From positions 2,039 to 66,038 of the forward strand of contig JBKJHO010000028.1 in the NCBI GenBank assembly GCA_046598915.1: 64,000 nt of DNA, in the 5' to 3' direction. This DNA is from Marmoricola sp. Its GTDB lineage: Bacteria > Actinomycetota > Actinomycetes > Propionibacteriales > Nocardioidaceae. Positions 9,053 to 18,372 of this stretch are shown in pieces; the stretch's first letter is position 1, and the number at the start of each line of letters is the position of its first letter. A program made the translations under genes and the position numbers. Under the pieces are notes generated by a model. The model was not told where the DNA came from. It did not search any database and worked only from the letters and a program-made list of their open reading frames with translations.

Positions 9053-9898
9053 TCAGTCGATCGACGGGAGCCCCATCGGGTTGCCGCTGGGTAGGGCGCC
9101 GGCAGCGACGATGGCCCGACCCAGCGGCACCAGCACCTGCCGGATCGCCGCCAGGTCGGGCTGCAGCACCTCGAGCGAGGAGCGGGCCAGCCGGTCGGTG
9201 TCGGTCTCGATCCGGGTGCGGACCTCGGTGCCGGTAGCGGTGAGCGAGGCGTCCTGTTCGAGTAGACCGCGGACGACCAACCCTGCCTCGCCCGCAGCCC
9301 ATTGCTCGTCCGTCCAGCCTCGGTTGGGCTGCATGATCCCGCGGGTCACCGCTCCTGCGCCGATGTGGGTCAGGGTCGTCTCCAGCCCGCTGAGGCCGGC
9401 GTTGGTCGCAGCGATCACGTGACCGTCACCGCGGTGCTCCCGCAGCACTGTCGTCGCCCACCAGAGGCGGGCGGCGAGCCCGTTCGGGACGGTCGACTGC
9501 CACGCGGCGGCCAGGGCTCGTCCGCCGGTGTCGAGGCCTTCGGCAGCGCGGCAGAGGACGTCGACGACCCGCCGTACGTCCTCAGTGCTGCCGCCGTCCA
9601 GGAGTCTGCCCAGCAGCAGGTCCACTGCTTCGAATCGAGCCGCGAGCGCGTCTTCCGGGGTGACCCGTCCCCACACCTTGGGCAACGCCTTCGCCACCAT
9701 CTCCGGAGCGAACCCGAAGAACAGTGCCGTGACCGGGGCGGGGCCGACCGCTCCGAGTGCCGCGGCCCGGCCGGCGAAGTACCCGTTCCAGAAGCCGTGC
9801 AGGCCACGGTCGGCCAGGCACCCGGAGATCGACGACTCGAAGTAGACGATCGCGTGCACGGGCTCGTAGAGGGACCAGAGGTCGCGTTCGGCGCTCAC
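9053..9898 (-). CDS. SCO6745-family protein
   Basis: EPVHAIVYF, YFAGRAAALG, LREHRGDGH, RGWTDEQW. Confidence 0.85.
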   Translation of the reverse strand: MSAERDLWSLYEPVHAIVYFESSISGCLADRGLHGFWNGYFAGRAAALGAVGPAPVTALFFGFAPEMVAKALPKVWGRVTPEDALAARFEAVDLLLGRLLDGGSTEDVRRVVDVLCRAAEGLDTGGRALAAAWQSTVPNGLAARLWWATTVLREHRGDGHVIAATNAGLSGLETTLTHIGAGAVTRGIMQPNRGWTDEQWAAGEAGLVVRGLLEQDASLTATGTEVRTRIETDTDRLARSSLEVLQPDLAAIRQVLVPLGRAIVAAGALPSGNPMGLPSID

Positions 9899-9921
9899 CG
9901 CCGCAGGTTAGCCGGGAACCG

Positions 9922-11166
9922 CTACGCGTACCGGACCGGCAGGTCCTTGATCCCGTTGAGCCAGCCCGATCGCAGCCGCGACACGGGTCCGGTGGCGGTG
10001 ATGTCGGGAGCGAGGTCCGCGAGCGCCTCGAAGATCAGTCCGACCTCGCGCCGAGCCAGGTTGGCGCCGATGCAGTAGTGCGCACCGTGGCCCCCGAAGG
10101 CGAGATGCGGGTTCGGGTCCCGGGTGATGTCGAAGGTGAACGGGTCGACGAAGACGTCCTCGTCGTGGTTGGCGCTCGCGTAGAACATCCCGACTCGCTG
10201 GCCGGCACTGATCTGCACCCCGCCGATCTCGATGTCCTCCAGCGCGGTCCGCTGGAACGAGGTCACCGGTGTGGCCCACCGGATCACCTCGTCGACCATG
10301 GTGCTCGGCCGCTCCCGCTTCCACAGCTCCCATTGGTCCGGGTGGTCGAGGAAGGCCTTCATGCCGTGGGTGGTCGCGTTGCGGGTGGTCTCGTTGCCGG
10401 CCACCGCGAGCGCGATCACGAAGAAGCCGAACTCGTCGTCCGTGAGGCCGCGGCCGTCGACGTCGGCGTTGACTAATCTGGTGACGATGTCGTCGCGCGG
10501 GTTCTCCCGCCGGTCTGCGGCCAGGACCATCGAGTACATCAGTACCTCGGTCGCGGCGGCCGCCGGGTCGTTGTCCTCACGAGCAAGGTCGGCGTCCTCA
10601 GCCCCGGTCATCTGGTTGGTCCAGTCGAAGATCTTCTGCCGGTCCTCGGCCGGGACGCCGAGCATGTCGCCGATCACCTCGAGTGGGAACTGCGAGGCGA
10701 CCTGGTCGACGAAGTTGCCGCTGCCGGTCGCGACGGCTTCGCTCACGATGCGGCGGGCGCGCTCCTCGAGGACCGCCTCCAAGGCGCCGATCGCCCGCGG
10801 GGTGAAGCCACGGCTGATGATCGAGCGGAGCTGGGTGTGGTCGGGGGCGTCCTGGTTGATGATCACGACCTGGGTCATCTCCACCGACTCCCGGGTGGCG
10901 GTCTCGGGCAGCCGGATGATGACGCCGTTCTCGCGGCTGCTGAAGACCTTGCTGTTCTTGGAGATCGCCAGGACGTCGGCGTGCTTGGTGATCGCCCAGT
11001 AGCCGGTTCCGGAGGCCTCGGACATCCCGGCCCGGGCCGTAGCGCCCTGTTCTATCCACGTGATCGGTGTGCTGCCACGCAGGGCGGCGAACTCGGCATG
11101 CGGGATCGAGGCGAGGTTCACGTCGGGGTCGGTGAAGTCGAACCCAGCGGGCAGGGTGACGGTCAT
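9922..11166 (-). CDS. cyp125: Cytochrome P450, CYP125-like (steroid side-chain monooxygenase)
   Basis: EFGFFVIALAVAGNETTRNA, DEVIRWATPVTSFQRTA, heme motif FGGHGAHYCIG. Confidence 0.88.
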   Translation of the reverse strand: MTVTLPAGFDFTDPDVNLASIPHAEFAALRGSTPITWIEQGATARAGMSEASGTGYWAITKHADVLAISKNSKVFSSRENGVIIRLPETATRESVEMTQVVIINQDAPDHTQLRSIISRGFTPRAIGALEAVLEERARRIVSEAVATGSGNFVDQVASQFPLEVIGDMLGVPAEDRQKIFDWTNQMTGAEDADLAREDNDPAAAATEVLMYSMVLAADRRENPRDDIVTRLVNADVDGRGLTDDEFGFFVIALAVAGNETTRNATTHGMKAFLDHPDQWELWKRERPSTMVDEVIRWATPVTSFQRTALEDIEIGGVQISAGQRVGMFYASANHDEDVFVDPFTFDITRDPNPHLAFGGHGAHYCIGANLARREVGLIFEALADLAPDITATGPVSRLRSGWLNGIKDLPVRYA

Positions 11167-11222
11167 GGGGAGCTCCTCAAGTCAGCATCCGGTCTTTGCA
11201 CACAGAATCGTAAGATTGGATG

Positions 11223-11242
11223 TACACAAACACGAATGTGTA
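11223..11242. promoter_or_regulatory. Palindromic operator between divergent P450 and TetR genes
   Basis: TACACA-N8-TGTGTA in an AT-rich intergenic region. Confidence 0.5.
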
Positions 11243-11272
11243 TGATCGTCAAGGAACCATCGAGGAGGTCGG

Positions 11273-11890
11273 ATGAGATCGCACGGCTGGGGCGGACGAC
11301 CGCCGGCAGACGCCGACGAGGCGCGCGCGCGGATCCTCGCCGCCACCCGCGCCCGCCTGTCCGAGTCCGGTACGACGAGCACCTCGGAGATCGCCGAGAT
11401 CCTGGGCGTCACCCGGCAGACCGTGTACCGCTACTTCCCGACGACCGACGAGCTGATCGACGCCGCAGCGATGGACGCCGTCGCTGAGCTTGTCGGCCAG
11501 CTGGTCGCCCACGTCCAGCAACACCTGACTGCGCAGCGCGATCGGGGGCTGCGGGGGGATGCCGCCGACGCGGTTGTCGAAGTGGTCGCCTACGTCTACG
11601 AGCACCTCCGCGACGACCCGGCACTCAACCGGTTGATCGCGCCCGGTCGGATCAGCAGCACCTTGTCAGGCCTGACCGCCCCCTCCTCGATCGCACTCGG
11701 TGGCAAGCTGCTCGCTGGCTTCGGTATCGACTGGTCCGAGGTCGGACTGGCCCAGGACGAGCAGCTGGAGCTCGTCGAACACCTGTTGCGGATGCTGCAG
11801 TCTTTCGTCCTGGACCCGGGTGACCCCGCCCGGACCGGCGACGAGCTGCGCAGCTACCTGCGGCGCTGGGTCGCCCCGGTTCTGCGCTGA
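11273..11890 (+). CDS. TetR/AcrR family regulator
   Basis: HTH IAEILGVTRQTVYRYFPT. Confidence 0.9.
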   Translation: MRSHGWGGRPPADADEARARILAATRARLSESGTTSTSEIAEILGVTRQTVYRYFPTTDELIDAAAMDAVAELVGQLVAHVQQHLTAQRDRGLRGDAADAVVEVVAYVYEHLRDDPALNRLIAPGRISSTLSGLTAPSSIALGGKLLAGFGIDWSEVGLAQDEQLELVEHLLRMLQSFVLDPGDPARTGDELRSYLRRWVAPVLR

Positions 11891-11903
11891 GGCTCACATC
11901 CGA

Positions 11904-11925
11904 CCTCCCGGCAGATCGCGGGAGG
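11904..11925 (+). terminator. Hairpin after tetR
   Basis: CCTCCCG-N8-CGGGAGG. Confidence 0.4.
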
Positions 11926-11998
11926 CAGGTCACCAGGCCGTGTCTACACTCGAGACGAGCGCCAGACACCGGTCCGGCGGCCAGTCGGGAGAGCAGTC

Positions 11999-12601
11999 AT
12001 GGGTCGATCGATCCAAGGTAGTCGTGCGGTCGCAGCGCTGGTGGCCGCAATGGTTGCGTCGGTGGTGCTGGTCGCTTGTGGTTCGGGAGCGGAACCCAAC
12101 GCGGCCCCGGTCACGACGAGCCCGACCGGGGCGGTGCCCAGCCCTGCGCCGACCGAGCCCAACCCGACCTCCACCAAGGGTGCCGAGTCGCAGTCGGCCG
12201 TGCCCGCGATCCTGGACTTCAGCGGTCGCGCCGTCGACGGCTCCTCGTTCCGCGGGAGCAGCCTGGCCGGCAAGCCGGTGGTGCTCTGGTTCTGGGCCCC
12301 CTGGTGCGCGGTCTGCCGCAGCCAGGCTCCGCAGGTCGAGGCGCTGGCTGCCCAGTACGGCGATGACCTTGCGGTGGTCGGGATCGGCTCGCTCGACTCC
12401 GGTTCTGCGATCGCCGGATTCGCAGACGACGTCCAGGGTCCGACGCATCTCAGCGACCCGGACGGAGAACTGTGGAAGCGCTTCCGGATCTCCGAGCAGA
12501 GCTCCTTCGTCGTCCTGGACGCGCAGGGCAGGGAGGTCCTGAGGACCGGCTACAACGACGATGACGAGCTCGCGGCGGCAGTCGAGAAGCTCGTCGCCTG
12601 A
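11999..12601 (+). CDS. Thioredoxin-like lipoprotein (DsbE/DsbF/Mpt53-like redoxin)
   Basis: Lipobox LVAC; GKPVVLWFWAPWCAVC. Confidence 0.9.
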   Translation: MGRSIQGSRAVAALVAAMVASVVLVACGSGAEPNAAPVTTSPTGAVPSPAPTEPNPTSTKGAESQSAVPAILDFSGRAVDGSSFRGSSLAGKPVVLWFWAPWCAVCRSQAPQVEALAAQYGDDLAVVGIGSLDSGSAIAGFADDVQGPTHLSDPDGELWKRFRISEQSSFVVLDAQGREVLRTGYNDDDELAAAVEKLVA

Positions 12602-12616
12602 GTACCTGGCCTGCCG

Positions 12617-13435
12617 ATGGACACCGCTCTGCTGTCGCTGGCCCTCACCGCCGGCGCGGTAGCCGCACTGAACCCGTGCGGATTCGCGATGCTGCCGGCG
12701 TACCTCGGTCTGCTACTGCAGGAGCCGGTCCCGGCCGGCGCCGTAGTTGGCTCACCGCCGGCGCCGCCGCAGGGTTGGCGAGGTGCCGGCTCGGCAACGC
12801 GCCGGGCACTCGGCCTGACAGCGGTGATGACCGCCGGCTTCGTGGTGGTCTTCGCGCTCTTCGGCCTGGTGGTCGCGCCGATCGCGGCCTCGGCCCAGCA
12901 GTACCTGCCCTATGTCACGGTAGTGACCGGCGTGCTGCTGGCCCTCTTCGGCACAGCCCTGCTCCTCGGGCGTGATCTCACGTTGCCGGGCCTCCAGGTC
13001 CGGGGGCGAGCGCTGGACGGTTCGGTGCTCTCGACCTTCGTGTACGGCGTCACCTACGCGCTCGCCTCGCTGACGTGCACCGTGGGGCCGTTCCTCGCTG
13101 TCGTGGTGACCTCGCTGAGGTCCTCGGACTTCCTCGAAGGTCTGGTCCTCTTCGTTGCCTACGCCGCCGGGATGGGCCTGGTCGTCGGGGTCGCCGCGGT
13201 CGCGGTGGCCCTGGCCCGGAACGGCCTGGTCGGGTCGCTGCGCGGTACCGCGCGGTGGGTCCCGCGGTTCTCCGGGGTTCTGCTCCTCGTTGTCGGCGCC
13301 TACGTGGCGTACTACGGGATCTGGGAGATCCGGGTCCTCGACGGGGCCGATCCCGGTGACCCGATCATCGAGGCGGCGTTGTCGTTGCAGGCGAGGATGA
13401 GCGGAGTCGTCCAGGACGTGCTCAGCTTCGGCTGA
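12617..13435 (+). CDS. ccdA: Cytochrome c biogenesis CcdA / DsbD-family membrane protein
   Basis: LNPCGFAMLPAY and SLTCTVGPFL Cys pair; multi-TM. Confidence 0.88.
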   Translation: MDTALLSLALTAGAVAALNPCGFAMLPAYLGLLLQEPVPAGAVVGSPPAPPQGWRGAGSATRRALGLTAVMTAGFVVVFALFGLVVAPIAASAQQYLPYVTVVTGVLLALFGTALLLGRDLTLPGLQVRGRALDGSVLSTFVYGVTYALASLTCTVGPFLAVVVTSLRSSDFLEGLVLFVAYAAGMGLVVGVAAVAVALARNGLVGSLRGTARWVPRFSGVLLLVVGAYVAYYGIWEIRVLDGADPGDPIIEAALSLQARMSGVVQDVLSFG

Positions 13436-13451
13436 GAGGGAGCCGCGAGGT

Positions 13452-14231
13452 CTACCCGGCCGGGGGCCCGAGGGTCGTCACGTTCCCGTCGGCGTCGGTG
13501 GTGAAGAGCTCGACGCCCTCGGACACGTTCGCCGCGTCGGCTCCGAGCGCGACGGCGATCTTGTTGGCCGCGTTGCGCATCACGTCGAGGACGACCTCGA
13601 CAGTCTGCTCCTCGCGGAGGTGCGTGCGGACGGCGGTGACCACCTCGGCCGGGACGTCGTACGGCGCCTGGATGAGGGTGTCGGCCAGGGCGAGGGCTGC
13701 CTTGACCGGATCCGGGAGGTTGCTGCTGGCATGGGTATCGACGGCGTCGAACGCGGACTCGTCGGCGCCCGCGGCGATCGCGTCTTGGCTGCGGCGAGAC
13801 CTGCAGACCGCACAGTCGTGAAGGCGGGCCCCGCGCAGCCGGGCCAGCTCGGTGAGCACCGGATCGAGAGAGCGGAGCCTGGCGACCTCGACCATGAAGG
13901 TCTCCAGCACCGGCCACGTCTCGACGGGCCCGACGACCGGGGCAGGGGCTGGCCAGTCGCTGGCGCCGAAGATCGCATCGAGCACGGAACGCACCCGCGG
14001 GACGAAGTCGTGGGCGTAGATCTGCTGCACCACCGCGAACGCCTGGTCACCGGTCGCACCGAGGAACGCACCCCGCTGGACCTCATCGACGGAGGAGACG
14101 TCGAGCGCGAACTGCTCGGCGAACTCCCCAACGGCCGGATCGGACAGGTCGGGCGCAGGGATCGCCGCGACGACGTCGAAGGCCAGAACCGCGGCTCCGC
14201 CGTCGCGGGCGAGCACGTCCCGGCCGCTCAT
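13452..14231 (-). CDS. Carboxymuconolactone decarboxylase/AhpD-like protein
   Basis: LDPVLTELARLRGARLHDCAVC (CxxC), KAALALAD. Confidence 0.8.
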   Translation of the reverse strand: MSGRDVLARDGGAAVLAFDVVAAIPAPDLSDPAVGEFAEQFALDVSSVDEVQRGAFLGATGDQAFAVVQQIYAHDFVPRVRSVLDAIFGASDWPAPAPVVGPVETWPVLETFMVEVARLRSLDPVLTELARLRGARLHDCAVCRSRRSQDAIAAGADESAFDAVDTHASSNLPDPVKAALALADTLIQAPYDVPAEVVTAVRTHLREEQTVEVVLDVMRNAANKIAVALGADAANVSEGVELFTTDADGNVTTLGPPAG

Positions 14232-14331
14232 CGGCGTCTCCGCCGTACGGCGAGGGTGATCTCCACGACCGCTACCGGGCTGGCGCCGCCAGATCGAGTT
14301 CCCGACGGCTCGTGCGGCATGCCCCGGGGGC

Positions 14332-15828
14332 TCACACCCCGCGGCGCTTCGCGTACCGGAACTTCACCATCTTCCGGACCTGCTCGAAGTCTTCGGGTCG
14401 GCGCGGAAAGGACTGCATGTCCGGGCCGAGCTGGAACCGCTTGTTGGTGGTCGCCTTCGGTGCCGAGAACTCACGCAGGCCGTCGTCACCGTGGAAGCGG
14501 CCGAAGCCGGAGTCGCCGATCCCTCCGAACGGCACCGACGGCATCCCGACGAAAGTCAGCGCCGAGTTGATCGTCGTACCGCCGGCCTTGATGCGTCGGG
14601 CGATGTCCTTGCCGCGCTTGGTCGAGAAGACCGAGGAGCCGAGGCCGAACTTGGTGGCGTTCGCCTTCAGGATCGCCTCCTCGACGTCGGCCACCGTGTT
14701 GATCACGATCACCGGTCCGAAGGTCTCCTCCTGCACCGCCGAACAATCCTCCGGTACGTCGACCAGGACGACCGGGTCGACGAAGGGGGCCCGGATCGAG
14801 TCGACGCCCCCGACCAGCGCGGTCGCGCCGGCGTTGATCGCCTCGGTCACGTGTCGGCGGACCAGGTCGATCTGGGCGGGCACGATCATCGGCCCGTAGG
14901 AGTCCTTCTCCTCCAGGCCGGCGGTCACCTGGTCGGCGATCTCCTTGACCTTGGCGAGGAACGGCTCGCGGACGGCCCGGGTGACGTAGACCCGCTCGAT
15001 GCCGACGCAGGCCTGGCCGCCGTTGAAGAAGCCACCCCAGACGACAGCCCGGGCAGCGGCGTCGACGTCAGCGTCCTCGGCGACGATGGTGACGTCCTTG
15101 CCGCCGAGCTCGAGCAGCACCGGGGTGAGGTTTTCGGCGCACGCCGCCATCACCTTCCGCCCGGTCGGGACCGAGCCGGTGAACGCGATCTTGTCCAGGC
15201 CGGCCTTGCAGAGGGCGGAGCCGGTCTCGGCGAAGCCGGTGACCCAGGTGATCAGGCCCCGGGGTGCGTCCGGGTTGGCCTCGTAGAACGCGTCCATCAC
15301 CAGCACGGAGCTGGCGGGTGCGAACTCGCTCGGCTTCACCACCGCCGCGTTGCCAGCCGCCAAGGCGTAGGCAAGACCGCAGAGCACGGTGTAGATCGGC
15401 ACGTTCCACGGCGCGATCACGCCGACGACGCCGAGCGGCGGGTAGGAGACGCTGGCGTTGTAGTTGAACATCGCCATTCCGGGAGCGACCTTGCGTTCCT
15501 TCAGGACCCGCTTCGCGTGCGCCGCTGCCCACCGGAGGTCCTCCAGCCCGGCGATCAGCTCGAACTGGACGTCGCCGCGCGGTCGGCCGGTCTCGGCGTA
15601 CCCGAGGTCGCAGATCTCGTCGGACTGTTGCGCGATCCGCGCGATCCACGCGTTGATCCGCTTCTTGCGCTCGCCGTAGGTGAGCCCGGCCCACCAGATC
15701 TGAGCCTCCCGACCGGCGGCGAACCGCTCGGCGATGTCCTCGGCGGTGTGGACCGGGAAGGTTCCGACCTCCGCCCCGGTGGCCGGGTTCGTGACGGTGA
15801 AGGTCGTGGGGGTGGCTATCTGGGTCAT
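14332..15828 (-). CDS. Aldehyde dehydrogenase
   Basis: APWN, KPSE, FTGS, LELGGKD, GQACVG, EETFGP. Confidence 0.95.
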   Translation of the reverse strand: MTQIATPTTFTVTNPATGAEVGTFPVHTAEDIAERFAAGREAQIWWAGLTYGERKKRINAWIARIAQQSDEICDLGYAETGRPRGDVQFELIAGLEDLRWAAAHAKRVLKERKVAPGMAMFNYNASVSYPPLGVVGVIAPWNVPIYTVLCGLAYALAAGNAAVVKPSEFAPASSVLVMDAFYEANPDAPRGLITWVTGFAETGSALCKAGLDKIAFTGSVPTGRKVMAACAENLTPVLLELGGKDVTIVAEDADVDAAARAVVWGGFFNGGQACVGIERVYVTRAVREPFLAKVKEIADQVTAGLEEKDSYGPMIVPAQIDLVRRHVTEAINAGATALVGGVDSIRAPFVDPVVLVDVPEDCSAVQEETFGPVIVINTVADVEEAILKANATKFGLGSSVFSTKRGKDIARRIKAGGTTINSALTFVGMPSVPFGGIGDSGFGRFHGDDGLREFSAPKATTNKRFQLGPDMQSFPRRPEDFEQVRKMVKFRYAKRRGV

Positions 15829-15902
15829 CAGGATCCTCGGGGCCTACGAAGCGTGCGGAGCGATGGCGCGGTCTCTGCACGGTATCCGCGAACGGCGAAA
15901 AG

Positions 15903-15916
15903 TGGAACAGGTTCTA
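15903..15916. promoter_or_regulatory. KstR-type operator
   Basis: TGGAACAGGTTCTA matches TnnAACnnGTTnnA; lies upstream of the ALDH gene. Confidence 0.65.
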
Positions 15917-15959
15917 GTCATCTCGCCGGACCTGCACAGGCGTCTGCGACACTGCGGAG

Positions 15960-16139
15960 ATGTCCTCGATCCCCGCCGGCGCCTGGTTCGGCATCGTGAT
16001 CCTGCTGCTCGCAGCCTGGGCGCAGGACATCCGGGGGGTGGTCGTCGGGGTGGTGCTGATCGCGGTCACCTCGATCGCGACAGTACGGCGGCGAGCGTCC
16101 CCAGATCCTGAAGCCGAGCCGTCCGACGGCGGACGCTGA
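15960..16139 (+). CDS. Small 2-TM membrane protein (59 aa, absent from the ORF track)
   Basis: MSSIPAGAWFGIVILLLAAWAQDIRGVVVGVVLIAVTSIATVRRRASPDPEAEPSDGGR*; fills the intergenic gap. Confidence 0.6.
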   Translation: MSSIPAGAWFGIVILLLAAWAQDIRGVVVGVVLIAVTSIATVRRRASPDPEAEPSDGGR

Positions 16140-16157
16140 GCTGGCGCCCAGCCGCTT

Positions 16158-16484
16158 CTAACCCGGTCGGACGGCCTGTCTTCCGAGCAGCCCCTTGCGA
16201 TCCGCTACGACCTCGAAGACGGCTGTCGCGAACGGCGGAATACTCGAGAACAGAGCCCAGAAGGTGGTCCTCAGCGACCAACCGAACGTTCTGCGCGCGG
16301 CCAGCGTGGCCAGCAGGTAGGTGAGGAAGATCCCGCCGTGGATCGGACCGAAGATCTTCACGCCCTGCTCGGTGGTCTCGGGGACGTACTTGATGAACAT
16401 CCCGATCAACAGGCCGAGCCAGGAGGTGGCCTCGGCGAAGGCGACGATGCGGAAGAACTGGCGAATGCGGATCGGGTCGTTCAC
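16158..16484 (-). CDS. DUF3817 family membrane protein
   Basis: FRIVAFAEATSWLGLL...FGPIHG...SSIPPF. Confidence 0.9.
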   Translation of the reverse strand: MNDPIRIRQFFRIVAFAEATSWLGLLIGMFIKYVPETTEQGVKIFGPIHGGIFLTYLLATLAARRTFGWSLRTTFWALFSSIPPFATAVFEVVADRKGLLGRQAVRPG

Positions 16485-16560
16485 GGCGTCACGCTAACGC
16501 GTGCGGCCAAGGCTCCTCGAGCCCCTTGCCGTCCGCGTCTCCGCAGGTGAGACTCCCCGC

Positions 16561-18372
16561 ATGGGCTTCCTTGCTTTCACGCCGCCACCGATTGAGCCGG
16601 CGCAGTTCCTGGCCAGCCCGTTCCGCGAGCGGATGCGGCTCCTGGTCGTCGACTGGGTCGACAACGGCTTCGGTACGCCGCGCTACATCCACCTGATCTA
16701 CATCGCGAAGGTGCTCTTCCTCTACATCGCGCTGGGGCTCTTCCTGATCAGCCGGACCTCCGACGTCGGTGGGCTCAGCGACTTCTCCGCATGGTGGGAT
16801 GAGCCGATCGTCTACCAGAAGCTGGTGGTCTGGACGATGTTCCTGGAGGCCTTCGGGCTGGCCGGGACGTGGGGCCCGCTCTGCGGTCACTTCAAGCCGA
16901 TGACCGGGGCGATCACGTACTGGATCCGTCCCGGCACCATCCGGATCGCGCCGTGGCCGACGAGGGTCCCGCTGACCGGCGGCGACACCAGGACTGTCGT
17001 CGACGTCATCCTGTACGTCGGCCTGCTGGGGTCGCTGATGACTGCTTTCCTGCTTCCGGGCGTGGACTCCGGCTCCCTGACCGCCGTGCTCCCCGACGCG
17101 ACCGGCGGACTGGTCCGCCCCGAGGCGCTGTTCCCGATCATCGTGCTCGCGGTGCTGCTCGGACTGCGTGACAAGGTGATCTTCCTGGCCGCCCGCAGCG
17201 AGCAGTACCTGCCGCCGATCCTGTTCTCGGCGACGCTCTCCTTCACCGACCTGATCATCGCGCTGAAGATGACGATCGTGATGGTCTGGCTCGGCGCCGG
17301 TGTCTCCAAGTTCGGCGACCACTTCGTCAACGTCGTACCGACGATGGTGGCGAACGCGCCTTTCAACCCGTCGAAGCAGATCAGCCGGGCGCACTTCAAG
17401 AAGGTGCCGGACGACCTGCGTCCGTCCGGGCTCGCGTGGTTCATGGCGCACGTCGGCGGGACCACGGTCGAGCTGCTGATCCCGTTGACCCTGCTGCTCA
17501 CCACCAACACCACGGTCGCGCTGCTCGGCGCCGTCGCGATGGTGACCTTCCACCTCTTCATCACCTCGTTGTTCCCACTGGCCGTCCCCTTGGAGTGGAA
17601 CATCTTCTACGCCTTCGCGGCGATCTTCCTTTTCGTCGGCTACCCGTCCGGCGAGGGCTACGCGGTCTGGGACTTCTCCGAGCCGTGGATGCTGCCGGTC
17701 TTCGCCGTCTGCCTGGCGTTCTTCCCGGTGCTCGGCAACCTGCGTCCGGACCTGGTCTCGTTCCTGCCCTCGATGCGTCAGTACGCCGGCAACTGGGCCT
17801 CGGCGACCTGGGTGATGGCCCCGGGCATCGAGGAGCGGCTCAACGAGCTGCCGAAGCCGGCGCCGAACCAGACCGACCAGCTGGTCGCGATGGGCTACGA
17901 GCCGGACTTCTCCGAGATCACCATCCAGAAGGCCCTCGCCTGGCGGGCGATGCACAGCCAAGGTCGTGGCCTCTACTCGGTGATGCTCCGCGAGTACGGC
18001 GACGACATCGAGCGCTACACGGTCCGCGAGGCCGAGTTCGTCTGCAACACTCTGGTCGGCTGGAACTTCGGTGACGGGCACCTGCACAACGAGACCCTGA
18101 TCGCTGCGGTGCAGCGCCGGTTGAACTTCGCACCCGGCGAGCTGGTGGTGATCTGGGTCGAGTCCCAGGCGATCCACAAGAAGACCCAGGAGTACAAGAT
18201 CATCGATGCCGCCGTCGGGGTCGTTCAGCGCGGTACCTGGGTCGTCGCGGAGGCGGTGGCCGAGCAGCCGTGGTTGCCGAACGGGCCGATTCCGATCGAC
18301 GTGACGTGGAGCGACCCGACGTACGTGCGGCCGCGTGACCCGGGCGCGACTCCCGATTCGGAGAGCGTGTGA
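16561..18372 (+). CDS. DUF3556 family membrane protein
   Basis: WVDNGFGTP, AVPLEWN, SFLPSMRQYAGNW, GWNFGDGHLH. Confidence 0.88.
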   Translation: MGFLAFTPPPIEPAQFLASPFRERMRLLVVDWVDNGFGTPRYIHLIYIAKVLFLYIALGLFLISRTSDVGGLSDFSAWWDEPIVYQKLVVWTMFLEAFGLAGTWGPLCGHFKPMTGAITYWIRPGTIRIAPWPTRVPLTGGDTRTVVDVILYVGLLGSLMTAFLLPGVDSGSLTAVLPDATGGLVRPEALFPIIVLAVLLGLRDKVIFLAARSEQYLPPILFSATLSFTDLIIALKMTIVMVWLGAGVSKFGDHFVNVVPTMVANAPFNPSKQISRAHFKKVPDDLRPSGLAWFMAHVGGTTVELLIPLTLLLTTNTTVALLGAVAMVTFHLFITSLFPLAVPLEWNIFYAFAAIFLFVGYPSGEGYAVWDFSEPWMLPVFAVCLAFFPVLGNLRPDLVSFLPSMRQYAGNWASATWVMAPGIEERLNELPKPAPNQTDQLVAMGYEPDFSEITIQKALAWRAMHSQGRGLYSVMLREYGDDIERYTVREAEFVCNTLVGWNFGDGHLHNETLIAAVQRRLNFAPGELVVIWVESQAIHKKTQEYKIIDAAVGVVQRGTWVVAEAVAEQPWLPNGPIPIDVTWSDPTYVRPRDPGATPDSESV

